A stretch of DNA of 64,000 nt from positions 1-64,000 of IMG/VR virus record IMGVR_UViG_3300046536_000173. One strand, written 5' to 3'. Below, one piece after another: positions 34,885 to 44,019 of the stretch. Below the pieces are notes generated by a model. That model had not been told where the DNA came from, made no database searches, and saw nothing but the letters and a program-made list of their open reading frames with translations. The translations under genes were made by a program, and so were the position numbers. The number at the start of each line of letters is the position of its first letter. Within the stretch, counting starts at the first letter, position 1. This stretch comes from a virus.

Positions 34885-35427
34885 TCAGAGCTTCCTGATC
34901 CGCAATACCTGTCCCGCGTTCGACAGCACCGCGCCGGGGACGACGACGCCTTGCTCCAGATCGTCGATCAGCGGGGTCCGCATCAGGATTCGCTCGGTCT
35001 TGAAGTATTCATCGGGCACAAGCTGTTCGTCGGTGAGCACGAGCGACGCGCGCCCCGCCGCGATGCTCGCCGCGCCCCATTTCGCGCGCCGCGCCTTCGT
35101 TTCGGTCGCGTTCATTAAATCCTCGATCACCTTGCGCACCGTCTCCGCGCGCGCCCGATACCTGTCCCGCCGGTTGACCATCTCGCGCCGCAGATCGTCC
35201 GCCTCGACCTCGCGCCGCTCGATCCACACGAGCGCGTCGATCGAGCGATCGAGCAAGACATCGGGGTGCGGCATCTCCGCGTCGGCCAGCGCCGCCCGGA
35301 TCACCTCCTCATCCTCGGTGATCGAGGGGTCGAGGGCATACATCTCGCGCAATTGCTGCCACGCTGACACGACGCGCTCCAATTGACCCGCCGAGGGAAC
35401 CCGTGGTGCGTTGTTGCTGTCCGACAT
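34885..35427 (-). CDS. Siphovirus Gp157-family protein
   Basis: Coiled coil; DEQLVPDEYF...GVVVPGAVL..LRI. Confidence 0.85.
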   Translation of the reverse strand: MSDSNNAPRVPSAGQLERVVSAWQQLREMYALDPSITEDEEVIRAALADAEMPHPDVLLDRSIDALVWIERREVEADDLRREMVNRRDRYRARAETVRKVIEDLMNATETKARRAKWGAASIAAGRASLVLTDEQLVPDEYFKTERILMRTPLIDDLEQGVVVPGAVLSNAGQVLRIRKL

Positions 35428-35457
35428 GCCGCCGCGCTCCTCTGAACCGGAGCGAGG

Positions 35458-35488
35458 AGGTTAGGCCGAACCTTGCACGGCATGCAAG
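35458..35488 (-). promoter_or_regulatory. PL-like promoter overlapped by operator CTTGCACGGCATGCAAG (35472-35488)
   Basis: TTGCAT-N18-TAACCT on minus strand; palindrome covers the -35 box. Confidence 0.7.
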
Positions 35489-35564
35489 TCTGGAGATGAC
35501 CGGAGAGGACGACGACGCCCGACTTCACGCGTCGCGCGAGCGTGTTGACGTGGGCTTGCGCGGA

Positions 35565-36092
35565 CTAATTGTGGCGGGCTAGCGTCCTGCGCTTTGTCAA
35601 ACGCCGATGGGAGGAGCCGGATGATTTTTTCGTCGATCGTTCCTCATGCGCATCATGTGCATCATTTGGTATTGTTCGCGGTCGGTTCCTGCCGCTGGGC
35701 GGTTCCTCATCCGCGAGCGCTCGATTGGCTCGCGCGAAAAGTTCGCTTTGACGTTGCCAGTAATCCGCCGCGTCCAATAATTCGGGGTTGCCGGCCTTCA
35801 AGGCGCGATACAGCCATTGCACCAGATGTTCCGACAACACTCCCGCGACCAGATAATTCGGATCAACCCGAAAAAGCAGGGAAATCCGAAGCAGATCGAC
35901 GAACTTAGGCAGGTTCGCGCCCGCCTCCCATCGACCATACATCGCCGGACTGACCCACAACCGCTTGGCCCATCGCGCCTTGGTGTGATGCTCCGCGCCG
36001 AACCTCTCCCCGTATGCCTTGCGCAGCTACCGCAACCGCTCGCCGAAGCCCCTCATCAATAACTTGTCGCCGCTCTCCTGGCGTTCTGGCAT
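35565..36092 (-). pseudogene. XRE/CI-like repressor with in-frame TAG at codon 22
   Basis: GAGG RBS then MPERQESGDKLLMRGFGERLR*LRKA...WAKRLWVSPAMYGRWEAG; divergent from cro-like gene. Confidence 0.8.
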
Positions 36093-36229
36093 TGCATAAA
36101 CCTCAAAGCACTGGACACGAACTATCGGCCCGCGCGCGCGAGCTTGTGAGTGTTATCCTGATCGGTCGGAATCACCGAAGCGGTGAACTCTAGATCGTCG
36201 CGCCGCACAACCGCAAGCCACAACGTGGG

Positions 36230-36260
36230 CTTGCACGCCATGCAAGTGCTGGCCTAGTGT
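36230..36260 (+). promoter_or_regulatory. PR-like promoter overlapped by operator CTTGCACGCCATGCAAG (36230-36246)
   Basis: TTGCAC-N18-TAGTGT, ending 5 nt before the cro ATG (leaderless mRNA likely). Confidence 0.7.
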
Positions 36261-36265
36261 GTGGT

Positions 36266-36523
36266 ATGCGACACGACCGGATCATCGAACTGTTTGGTGG
36301 CAACGTCGCGCTTGGCGATCTGGTTGGTCGCAGCGATAGCGCCGTATCGCGTTGGCGCGTCAACGGCATCCCGCCGCAATACTGGCTGATGATCGTCGCG
36401 CTGTCGCGCAGGCACGCGAGCGAGCAAGTCTCTTTCGAGATGATCGCCGCTGGTCCACCGGTCCGGGCCTTCGCCGTCCGCCCCAAGATAACCAAGGGCA
36501 GAACTCCCGAAACGGTGGCCTAG
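36266..36523 (+). CDS. Cro-like HTH protein
   Basis: IIELFGGNVALGDLVGRSDSAVSRWRVNGIPP.YW. Confidence 0.85.
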   Translation: MRHDRIIELFGGNVALGDLVGRSDSAVSRWRVNGIPPQYWLMIVALSRRHASEQVSFEMIAAGPPVRAFAVRPKITKGRTPETVA

Positions 36524-36586
36524 CGTTGTGGGGCGCGCACCTTTCCGACTGACCGCGCCGATTCTGATCGAGGATGGGCGGGCACC

Positions 36587-37075
36587 ATGACCCGGCCCGG
36601 ACGCCCTCTCGACCAACGCTTTTGGCGGTATGTGTCTTGCGAACCGAATAGCGGATGTTGGCTCTGGGATGGAGCGTGTGACCGCAAGGGGTATGGCCAG
36701 CTTCGCCTTGGAACAGGCGCGCTACGCTACGCGACGCATATAGCGTTGGAATTAGCGGGGCGGGAACTTCCACTAGGGATGCTCGCCTGTCATCGATGCG
36801 ATGTCCCTTCGTGCGTCAATCCCGACCACCTTTTCGTCGGCACGCCCCTTGATAACACCACCGATATGATTGTCAAGGGTCGCTTTACTTACGACCCCGC
36901 ACTGCGACCGCGAGGGTCCAGGGTTGGCGGTGCCAAACTGCACGAGCGAGACATCCCGGTTATCCGGCAGCGTCTAGCAGCGGGTGAGGCATTGCCTACT
37001 GTCGCTGCGACTTATGACGTTACCCCGACCGCGATTTGGTATGTCAAATGCGGAAAGACGTGGCGCCATGTTTAA
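36587..37075 (+). CDS. HNH homing endonuclease with C-terminal HTH
   Basis: SGCWLWDG..GYG..H...CHRCDVPSCVNPDHLFVGT..DN; lower GC. Confidence 0.9.
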   Translation: MTRPGRPLDQRFWRYVSCEPNSGCWLWDGACDRKGYGQLRLGTGALRYATHIALELAGRELPLGMLACHRCDVPSCVNPDHLFVGTPLDNTTDMIVKGRFTYDPALRPRGSRVGGAKLHERDIPVIRQRLAAGEALPTVAATYDVTPTAIWYVKCGKTWRHV

Positions 37076-37490
37076 GCTCATCGCGCCCGTCATGCCTGAA
37101 GATGACCTCCAAGCATCGTTGGCGCAGACGCTCGACCAGCTATTGAAGCCGCCAGCGATGTGGTGGGCGATGCCGATCGGGCACATCCAGCTAACGCGCC
37201 CACAAGCCGCCAAACTGACCCGCATCGGTCTGAAGCGAGGACTCCCCGACATCCTCGTGTTGCACGGGGTCTTGCACGGGATCGAACTGAAGCGCCCCGG
37301 CGAGGGGTTGAGCCGCGCCCGCTGGGTGCCGACCCGGAGCGGAGGCCGACGCTTCGTCGAGGGCCAGCGCGAGGTGTTCCCGCGCCTGGAGGCGGCGGGG
37401 ATGAAGCTCGCTACCTGTCACAGCGTCGTCGCCGTGCTCGACCAGCTTACCGCGTGGAAAATTCCCTTGCGTGGAAGGATCGCCGCATGA
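37068..37490 (+). CDS. VRR-NUC family nuclease/resolvase
   Basis: EDDLQ...GLKRGLPDIL...IELK...Q. Confidence 0.8.
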   Translation: MFKLIAPVMPEDDLQASLAQTLDQLLKPPAMWWAMPIGHIQLTRPQAAKLTRIGLKRGLPDILVLHGVLHGIELKRPGEGLSRARWVPTRSGGRRFVEGQREVFPRLEAAGMKLATCHSVVAVLDQLTAWKIPLRGRIAA

Positions 37491-37661
37491 GCAATCAACC
37501 GACACCATCAAACCCACGTCGCCCGTTGCCGGGGCCTAATAAGGTGCCGCAACCACGGCCCGATCCGCCCAGACGACCGGAGAAGGCGCCACCTCCTCCG
37601 CCTCCCCGCTACCAACCGCCAGCGCCGAGGCCACACGAGCGCCGCGACAGGCCCTTGTGAG

Positions 37662-38270
37662 GTGGTGGATTACTCGATCGCCGCGATCCCCACTGAGTAC
37701 AGGGGCCGCACATATCGCAGTCGCCTCGAAGCGCGGTGGGCCGCGTTTTTCGATCGCCTTGGTCTCGCGCATGAATACGAACCGTTCGACCTGGGCGCGT
37801 GGTCGCCCGACTTCCTTTTGACCGACATCGACACGCTGGTCGAGGTCAAGCCGCTGACCGAATTCGATGCTGAAGCCTGGGCGAAAATCGCGGCGGCTTG
37901 CAAGGAACGAAACATCAAAAATGGTCTGTTGCTAACGCGCGTCGCGCCGCAGCTATATCGCAACGTCGTCGAGTTAGGTTGGGTTGCGATCCCCTGGCAT
38001 GAGGATGGGGCAATCCCGCACCGGGCTTTGTTGGGTTGGGTTCCAAACCGGGAACATCCCCGGTTCGACGCCAAGATCGTCACTCTCATGCAACATCCCT
38101 TTGGGTGGGCGACGACGACCGGCTTCGGACACGTTTTCGAGGATGGGTTTCGACCGTCGGGGGATGATCTGGAGCGATTAAACTGGCCGGAACCCTATCC
38201 CGACCATGCGATGGGCCTCTGGGCGCGCGCGACCTCCGACGTTCAATGGCGACCGGATGGGGACGCATGA
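37662..38270 (+). CDS. PD-(D/E)xK nuclease-like protein
   Basis: YRSRLEARWAAFFD..YEP..PDF..EVKP. Confidence 0.8.
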   Translation: MVDYSIAAIPTEYRGRTYRSRLEARWAAFFDRLGLAHEYEPFDLGAWSPDFLLTDIDTLVEVKPLTEFDAEAWAKIAAACKERNIKNGLLLTRVAPQLYRNVVELGWVAIPWHEDGAIPHRALLGWVPNREHPRFDAKIVTLMQHPFGWATTTGFGHVFEDGFRPSGDDLERLNWPEPYPDHAMGLWARATSDVQWRPDGDA

Positions 38271-38273
38271 TCC

Positions 38274-38831
38274 GTGTCAAAGCTCCGCTGGGCAAAATGG
38301 TTCTGGGCTGACTGGTCGAACGACACCGCCCTGAATCTGTGCTCGATCCCGGCACGCGGATTGTGGATGTCGTTGCTTTGCATAGCAGCGCAGGGCGAAC
38401 CCTACGGCACGGTGACGATCAAAGGGCACGTTCCGACGACCGGGGAACTGTTCAGCCTGATCGCTCCGAGGGGCACGCGACGCCGCGAATTCGATCACTG
38501 GCTGGCTGAACTGGAGGAGCGCGGGGTGATCCAGCGCGACCCGACGGGAGCCATATGGAGTCCACGCATGAGCCACAGCGGAACCGTATCTTTGGCAAGA
38601 ACCAGTGCGGCAAAGCAACGCTGGAAAGGTCAGGGGAAAAGCCAAAAACAACAAAATTTGCATGAGCAAACACACGGAAACGGCGCCGATTTGCATGAGC
38701 AAAAAGAGGTTTTGCATATGGTAGAAGCAGAAGCAGAAGCAGAATCCCCCTTAATCCCCCCAAATTCAAAACGTGGTCGGAAGCCGAAGGATGGCCCCTG
38801 GACCTCCCTCGCCAAGCACGGGGTGAACTGA
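38274..38831 (+). CDS. Replication initiator-like protein
   Basis: KWFWADW..D..L..CS..ARGLWM.LLC...ELEERGV...SPRM; internal iterons. Confidence 0.75.
   Translation: MSKLRWAKWFWADWSNDTALNLCSIPARGLWMSLLCIAAQGEPYGTVTIKGHVPTTGELFSLIAPRGTRRREFDHWLAELEERGVIQRDPTGAIWSPRMSHSGTVSLARTSAAKQRWKGQGKSQKQQNLHEQTHGNGADLHEQKEVLHMVEAEAEAESPLIPPNSKRGRKPKDGPWTSLAKHGVN
38656..38760. repeat. Probable ori: ATTTGCATGAGCAAA x2 plus partial third copy, (AGAAGC)x3, A-rich
   Basis: Repeats at 38656-38670 and 38689-38703 inside the initiator gene, as in lambdoid O genes. Confidence 0.65.
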
Positions 38832-39373
38832 TGCGCGACCTCGCCCCGACAAAGCGACCGCCCGTCGCAACCGTGCGCGAATGGACGATCGCCCTCGGCA
38901 TCCTGACGGCGGGCCAGATGACGCGCGCCGACGCCGAGATGAAGCTGGCGGCTTATGTGCCGCTACTTCAGGACAACTTCCCCGCCGCCGCGTTCACGCA
39001 GGACTCGCTTCACCACGTCGCCCGCCAGTGCAAGTGGTTCCCGTCCTACGCCGAGGTGATCGAGCACCTTGGCGCTTGGTGGAAAGAACGCCGCCCGCCG
39101 TTCCCCGCGATCGCGCCGCCGCCCCCGCCGCCGCCTCGACCGGAGCCGACACCGGAGGAGATCGAGCACGTCCGCCAGCTATGCGCGCAAGTCGTCGGCG
39201 AGCTTCGTGCATCCGCGATCGACAAGGACACGGTGGGCCGACCGCTTCCGACCGGGCCGATCGAGCCGCGTCCGCGATACCTGCCGCCCGACGTGCTCGA
39301 TCGCATCAACCCCTTGCCGAACGGGCGGAAGCGCGCCGCGCAACCGGAGCCGCCACCGGAGCCGCCGACATGA
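38831..39373 (+). CDS. Replication-associated protein (helicase-loader position)
   Basis: CKWFPSYAEV motif; coupled to initiator. Confidence 0.6.
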   Translation: MRDLAPTKRPPVATVREWTIALGILTAGQMTRADAEMKLAAYVPLLQDNFPAAAFTQDSLHHVARQCKWFPSYAEVIEHLGAWWKERRPPFPAIAPPPPPPPRPEPTPEEIEHVRQLCAQVVGELRASAIDKDTVGRPLPTGPIEPRPRYLPPDVLDRINPLPNGRKRAAQPEPPPEPPT

Positions 39374-39935
39374 GCGACGACGGATTGCCGTGGGGTTACG
39401 TGCACCCCGTCGAGGGCTGGTTGCCGCTCCCGAAGGGGCCCGGGCTGATCGACCTCGGCCCGCCGCCGTTCGACGTGACGTTGCTCGATGGCCGCGTGCG
39501 CCGCGTCGTGCACAAACCCGGAGGATCAGCCGATGCCGCCACACCGCCCGCGATGGACGCTCCCGATGCGTCCGACCTACCCGACGCCCCCTAGCGCTTG
39601 GCGCGGACCCGGAACCGCGCACCGTCCGCCGCCGCCGTCACCGCCGCCGCCGCAGATCGTCCGCAAGCCGTGCGGGCTGTGCAATCGCGTCCGAAAATGG
39701 GTCGGCCTGGAGCCGCGACGGTGAACCCCGTCGAACAGCGCGCCGTCGAGATCGACGACACGTTGCACGAGATCGAGCGCGAGCTTCGACAGCCCGTCGA
39801 ACCCTTCGAGCGCGTCGCGATCCGCCTCGCCCGTCCGCCTCACGCTGGAGCAACGCGCCGCGCAGCCGGAACTCGGCGACGCGATCGGCCGGGTGGTCGT
39901 GCCCGTGCCGCCGCCCGAGGAAGGAGCAACCACCG

Positions 39936-40148
39936 ATGAACCGAAATGATCCGCCGATCCGACATCAAGCGCCGTTCCACGTCTACCCCGCGCGCCGCGC
40001 CGCGTCGCCACTGTCCATCCCGGTGCCGACGCGGCCAGTCATGCGGGACGAATGGAAGCCCATGTCGCCCGGCGCATTTTCGATGTTCGTGGGCGGCTTC
40101 GCGTTCGCCATCGCGGCCATCGTCCTGGTCGCGGTCCTGTCGCGATGA
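39936..40148 (+). CDS. Small protein with C-terminal TM helix
   Basis: AAGGAG RBS; FVGGFAFAIAAIVLVAVL. Confidence 0.6.
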   Translation: MNRNDPPIRHQAPFHVYPARRAASPLSIPVPTRPVMRDEWKPMSPGAFSMFVGGFAFAIAAIVLVAVLSR

Positions 40149-40666
40149 GCAACCAGCCATCCGACGCGTACCGCCAGCATCATCACGACATCGATCCGCC
40201 GCGTGTCGATGCCGTGACCTTCCGCCAGGGCTGGAGGGTGCGGACGCGCCTCGACGCGCTCCTCGCCTCGCGCCGGATCACGTCGGGCCATTGGCAAGCC
40301 GCCGTCGAGTATCGCGACGCCTGGGGCCGTGTGCTCGCTGCTGGCGGATCGCCTGGAGGCTATCGGGTCAGCGGAGCGATCGACCCGCATCATCGCGTCC
40401 TGGGCCTCCTCGCGACCGTCACGCGCCTCCGCGTGGTGCACACCGCGATCGGCGCCGACTTCGCGACGCTGTGCTTCGCGTGCGCCGTCGAGGATCGATC
40501 CTGGGCCTCGATCGCCGCCGCCCATCGCCGCAACCCGGAGACGGAGCGCGACCGCGCCGTGCGCGCGCTGCGCGCGCTGGCCTCGGCCTGGGCAGGAACG
40601 CGCCTGGGCGACCTCGACGTGTCGTCGCCCCCGCGTCATGCTCCGCGCCGTGTAGGGGGCCTCTGA
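40145..40666 (+). CDS. Late transcriptional regulator (Q-like position)
   Basis: LLASRRIT...AAVEYR; C-terminal HTH SWASIAAAHRRN. Confidence 0.65.
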   Translation: MSNQPSDAYRQHHHDIDPPRVDAVTFRQGWRVRTRLDALLASRRITSGHWQAAVEYRDAWGRVLAAGGSPGGYRVSGAIDPHHRVLGLLATVTRLRVVHTAIGADFATLCFACAVEDRSWASIAAAHRRNPETERDRAVRALRALASAWAGTRLGDLDVSSPPRHAPRRVGGL

Positions 40667-41121
40667 GCGCCGGGAAAGGGCATGGCGCCTATCGCGACCC
40701 GGAGATTGTGCGCAAGTCTCGACCGGGACCGAATCGGGAACGCCCCGGATTCCCGCGCAACCCGAGAATCGGGGCTTTCAGGGGACCGCGATGGGAGCGG
40801 CCCCGCCCCCGTCCAGGGATCGCGGCGGCGGCGATTTAAGTGCCCGCACACTCATGGATCGGGAAAGGTGACCCTGGCGCGAACCCTGTCCGGGCGCGGC
40901 CAAAGGGTGCATCGATCACGTAACAATTGAGGCGGTGTGACGAACGAAGTCCCAAAAGTTTAGGACGGCGGTCCCCTCGGTGAGACGATGGGCGGATCGC
41001 TCCAGCGTTTCCGCCGGTTTCCGGGTCGCGATCCTGATTGACGCCTTTCCGCGATCGGTGGTAGCGATTCGGGCATCCTCGCAGCCGTTGCGTGTATCGC
41101 CCCGGCCCGAGCTTCCCGAAC

Positions 41122-41451
41122 ATGCACCCCATCCGATACGAGCGCGGCGCGGTCGTGCGCTGCAATTCCCGCACCTGGATCGTCTGGACCTACTCGCGAG
41201 GGCAGGGAATCTGCGATCCGATCGCGCTCCCCGTGATGCCGCAAACCGGGCCGCGCCATCGCTCGCAAGCGCGCCTCGACCTCGGTGGGCGTGCGGTCCT
41301 GGTGCATCTCCTCGACCGCGTGACGTTGCCGCGCCTCGACTGTGAACACGTCGGCCAATGCACGCCCGACATCGTGTCGAGCCTCGCCGCGAGTATGCAA
41401 CGCGCGATCGACGCGCACGAAGCTGATCGCCCCCGGAGCGCCGTCGCATGA
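41122..41451 (+). CDS. Hypothetical protein with weak PemK/MazF-like pattern
   Basis: ERGAVV...IV...LPV...VGQ followed by C-terminal helix; 109 aa. Confidence 0.4.
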   Translation: MHPIRYERGAVVRCNSRTWIVWTYSRGQGICDPIALPVMPQTGPRHRSQARLDLGGRAVLVHLLDRVTLPRLDCEHVGQCTPDIVSSLAASMQRAIDAHEADRPRSAVA

Positions 41452-41524
41452 GCGGCCCATGGCTGTTCGTGATAGCGATGGCCTTGGTGCTTGCCCTCGA
41501 TCGCCTTTCGCTGGTCTGCCCCTG

Positions 41525-41857
41525 ATGCCGATCGCCTCGCCGGTCTATCATCCGCCCGGTTGGCAGTCGCGCGCCGATCGACGCCGCGCGCACGACCAGA
41601 GCAAGGTGCGGCACTATTCCAACGCCCGCTGGCTCCGTCTCCGCGCCGCGTATCTCGCGACGCATCCATTGTGCGAGTGCGGATGCAATCGCCCCGCGAC
41701 CGTCGTCGATCATCGCAAGCCGCATGGCGGCGACGACGCGCTGATGTATGCCTGGGACAACCTCCAGGCGATGACGAAGCCGTGCCACGATCGCAAGACG
41801 GCGACGCAAGACGGTGGGTTCGGTCGCGCCTCGCGCGCCTCGGTCGGTGCGCGATGA
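41525..41857 (+). CDS. HNH packaging endonuclease (HK97 gp74-like)
   Basis: W..LR..YL..HPLC...ATVVDH..PH.GD...NLQ....CH..KT. Confidence 0.9.
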   Translation: MPIASPVYHPPGWQSRADRRRAHDQSKVRHYSNARWLRLRAAYLATHPLCECGCNRPATVVDHRKPHGGDDALMYAWDNLQAMTKPCHDRKTATQDGGFGRASRASVGAR

Positions 41858-41859
41858 TG

Positions 41860-41944
41860 ACGCGATCGACCCCCATACGGTGTCCGAAACCGGGATCGAT
41901 CGTGTGCACTGACCGCGCCCCAACTGATTTTTTAGCTTTCCAAT
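41860..41944. other. Probable cos region
   Basis: Non-coding gap right after gp74-like HNH and before the packaging operon; exact cut site not determinable. Confidence 0.5.
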
Positions 41945-42586
41945 ATGGGCCAGACTGAAGCCGCCGCTTGGCCCGCCGACCAGATCGAGCGCCGCGACGT
42001 GTCCGCGCTCGTGCCGCACGTCCGCAACGCCCGGAAGCACGGCCCCGCGCAGATCGCGGAGATCGCCGGCCTGATCCGCGAATGGGGCTGGACCGTGCCG
42101 ATCCTGATCGACGAAGCGAACGGGATCATCGCGGGGCACGGGCGCGTGCTCGCCGCGCAGCAATTGAACATCGCCGACGTTCCCGTTGTCGTCGCGCGCG
42201 GATGGAGCGACGCGCAAAAGCGCGCATACATGATCGCCGACAACGAAGTGACCGCGCACTCGACCTGGAATACGGAGCTATTGCGCGTCGAGCTGGCCGA
42301 CCTCGCGCAACAGGGCATCGACCTGGAGACGATCGGCTTCAGCGCCGCCGACCTCGCCGCCAAGGGATCGAGCGAGGGCGAGCTTCCGCAAGCGCTCCAG
42401 CTTGAACCCGCCCGCGAGTATTGCGTGATCATGTGCGCCGACCTCGACGAATGGGAACGCCTCAAAGTCGCGTTGTCGCTGACTCCCGTCCGACGCGGCG
42501 GATACAAGCGCGGGTCCGTGCTTGACGACGTGAGCACGCAACGCGTCGTGACCGCCGCCGCCGTCCTGAAGCTGATCGAGGGGTAA
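41945..42586 (+). CDS. ParB/Srx N-terminal-domain protein
   Basis: NARKH...I..WGWTVPILIDE..GIIAGHGR..AA...AYMIADN. Confidence 0.9.
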   Translation: MGQTEAAAWPADQIERRDVSALVPHVRNARKHGPAQIAEIAGLIREWGWTVPILIDEANGIIAGHGRVLAAQQLNIADVPVVVARGWSDAQKRAYMIADNEVTAHSTWNTELLRVELADLAQQGIDLETIGFSAADLAAKGSSEGELPQALQLEPAREYCVIMCADLDEWERLKVALSLTPVRRGGYKRGSVLDDVSTQRVVTAAAVLKLIEG

Positions 42587-42589
42587 GAC

Positions 42590-42859
42590 ATGTCCGACAC
42601 GCCGCAACCAACGATCGACACGACCGACCCGCGCGCCACCATCGACAGCGCTTCCGACGCGCGCACCGTCAACAACGTGGTGCGCCATCAATACCGCGTG
42701 CTGTCCGACGCCGAAAAAGACCAGATGGGCGCCCTCAAAGACCTGGGGCTTGCCTTCATCGAGCAATGCGACGCGATCGGATCGAGCCGCGAACTGGCTC
42801 TGGCGAAAACGAACGCGGAGATGGCGGTGATGTGGGCCGTGAAACACGTCACGCGATGA
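42590..42859 (+). CDS. Acb2/Tad1-like sponge protein, copy 2
   Basis: Homologue of 217-462. Confidence 0.7.
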   Translation: MSDTPQPTIDTTDPRATIDSASDARTVNNVVRHQYRVLSDAEKDQMGALKDLGLAFIEQCDAIGSSRELALAKTNAEMAVMWAVKHVTR

Positions 42860-43038
42860 CAGCCTGGGAAGATCGTATGCGCGCCGCGCTCCTCGCCTGT
42901 GAGGCGCAGTTTCACGCATACGCCGATCATCATCTGGCGAAGGAACCGCCCGATCGCGACAAAGCCGCGATCAACGTCCGATGGGCGATCGACTGCCACG
43001 AAGCCGCGATGCCGCCCGACCGGGTCGTGCTCCGTTGA
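42856..43038 (+). CDS. Hypothetical protein (copy 2 only)
   Basis: MTAWEDRMRAALL...; occupies the slot of 466-651. Confidence 0.65.
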   Translation: MTAWEDRMRAALLACEAQFHAYADHHLAKEPPDRDKAAINVRWAIDCHEAAMPPDRVVLR

Positions 43039-43784
43039 CGAAGCCGAAGCGCCGCGCCTCCTCGATCCATGTCGCGGTCCCCTCGAAAGGCAGGGCTGGC
43101 AGGGTGCGCACGCAAGCCGTGATCCCGTCGTGCACGATCTATGCGCCCGCGCTCGAAGCCGCCGCCTACCGCGCCGCAGGGGGCCGCAACGTCGTGCCCG
43201 TGCCCGACACCGTGCGCGGGATCACCGCGACGCGAAACTTCATCCTCGACAACGCGCCCTCGACGCGCGTCGTGATGATCGACGACGACGTGAAAACGCA
43301 GGGCTGGACGCATCTCCTCCCGCGCTCCGCGCACAAGCTCCATCTCGACGAAGCGACGTGGCTCGCCGAATTCCGCAAGCTGTTCGAGGTGACGGAGAGT
43401 CTTGAATTCCGCATCTGGGGCGTGGCGACCGAAAGCGCGACGCGCTCCTGTTACCCGTGGGCGCCCTTCCGCTGGCGCGCGTATGTCACCGCGTCGTGCA
43501 TGGGGATCGTCAACGACGATCGCGCGCCCCGCTTCGACGAAACATATCCCGTGAAAGAGGATTACGAACTCTGTGCCCGGTGCATCCGCGATGATGGCGG
43601 GGTCGTTGCGGCGCAGTATCTATTCTGGGAGAACGCGCACTGGCACGACAAGGGCGGATGCAACGACTATCGCACGCAATCGATGGAGCGCGACGCGATC
43701 CGCCGCCTTTGCAAAACCTATCCGGGCCTCGTGCGCGCCGTCGAGCGCGCGTCGAACGCCTGGGCGATCGAGATCGGACCCTGA
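43035..43784 (+). CDS. TAGT-like glycosyltransferase, copy 2
   Basis: Near-identical protein to 648-1397; TTG start. Confidence 0.75.
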   Translation: MTKPKRRASSIHVAVPSKGRAGRVRTQAVIPSCTIYAPALEAAAYRAAGGRNVVPVPDTVRGITATRNFILDNAPSTRVVMIDDDVKTQGWTHLLPRSAHKLHLDEATWLAEFRKLFEVTESLEFRIWGVATESATRSCYPWAPFRWRAYVTASCMGIVNDDRAPRFDETYPVKEDYELCARCIRDDGGVVAAQYLFWENAHWHDKGGCNDYRTQSMERDAIRRLCKTYPGLVRAVERASNAWAIEIGP

Positions 43785-43788
43785 TCAC

Positions 43789-44019
43789 ATGAGCGACATC
43801 ACCACATCACCGTTGGTCGCGGATGGTGGCCTTTGCTTGTTCCAGGCGATCGAGCCGACGCACTGGCTCACGTTCGCGTCGTGCGGCCTACGGATCAACA
43901 TGGCCACGGGTGAGGTCGTGATCCCGGATGGTCTCGCGCTCAACGAAGCCTCCCGGCAATTCTGGGAACAATTGGGGCGCTTTCATCCGCTCGCCCCGAT
44001 CGGGTTTGGTGATCGCTGA
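43789..44019 (+). CDS. Hypothetical protein (copy 2 only)
   Basis: MSDITTSP...; occupies the slot of 1399-1560. Confidence 0.65.
   Translation: MSDITTSPLVADGGLCLFQAIEPTHWLTFASCGLRINMATGEVVIPDGLALNEASRQFWEQLGRFHPLAPIGFGDR

Larger units (their letters stand above)
1..42373. mobile_element. One full temperate phage genome unit (HK97-like head, Mu-like contractile tail; SfV/phiP27-type architecture)
   Basis: Packaging, head, tail, integrase, immunity and replication modules all present; position 1 recurs at 42374, giving a 42,373-bp period. Confidence 0.95.

Noticed and set aside
31732-36029. Alternative genetic code or selenocysteine explaining the in-frame stops
   Set aside because: TAG and TGA both end many conserved genes here; no suppressor tRNA or clear SECIS seen
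38656-38720. TTGCA repeats in the replication gene as extra operators
   Set aside because: Different spacing (TTTGCATGAGCAAA) and location fit iterons better
41945-42586. Plasmid-prophage partition system
   Set aside because: Only a ParB N-terminal domain; no ParA, HTH or parS array, and it lies in the packaging operon
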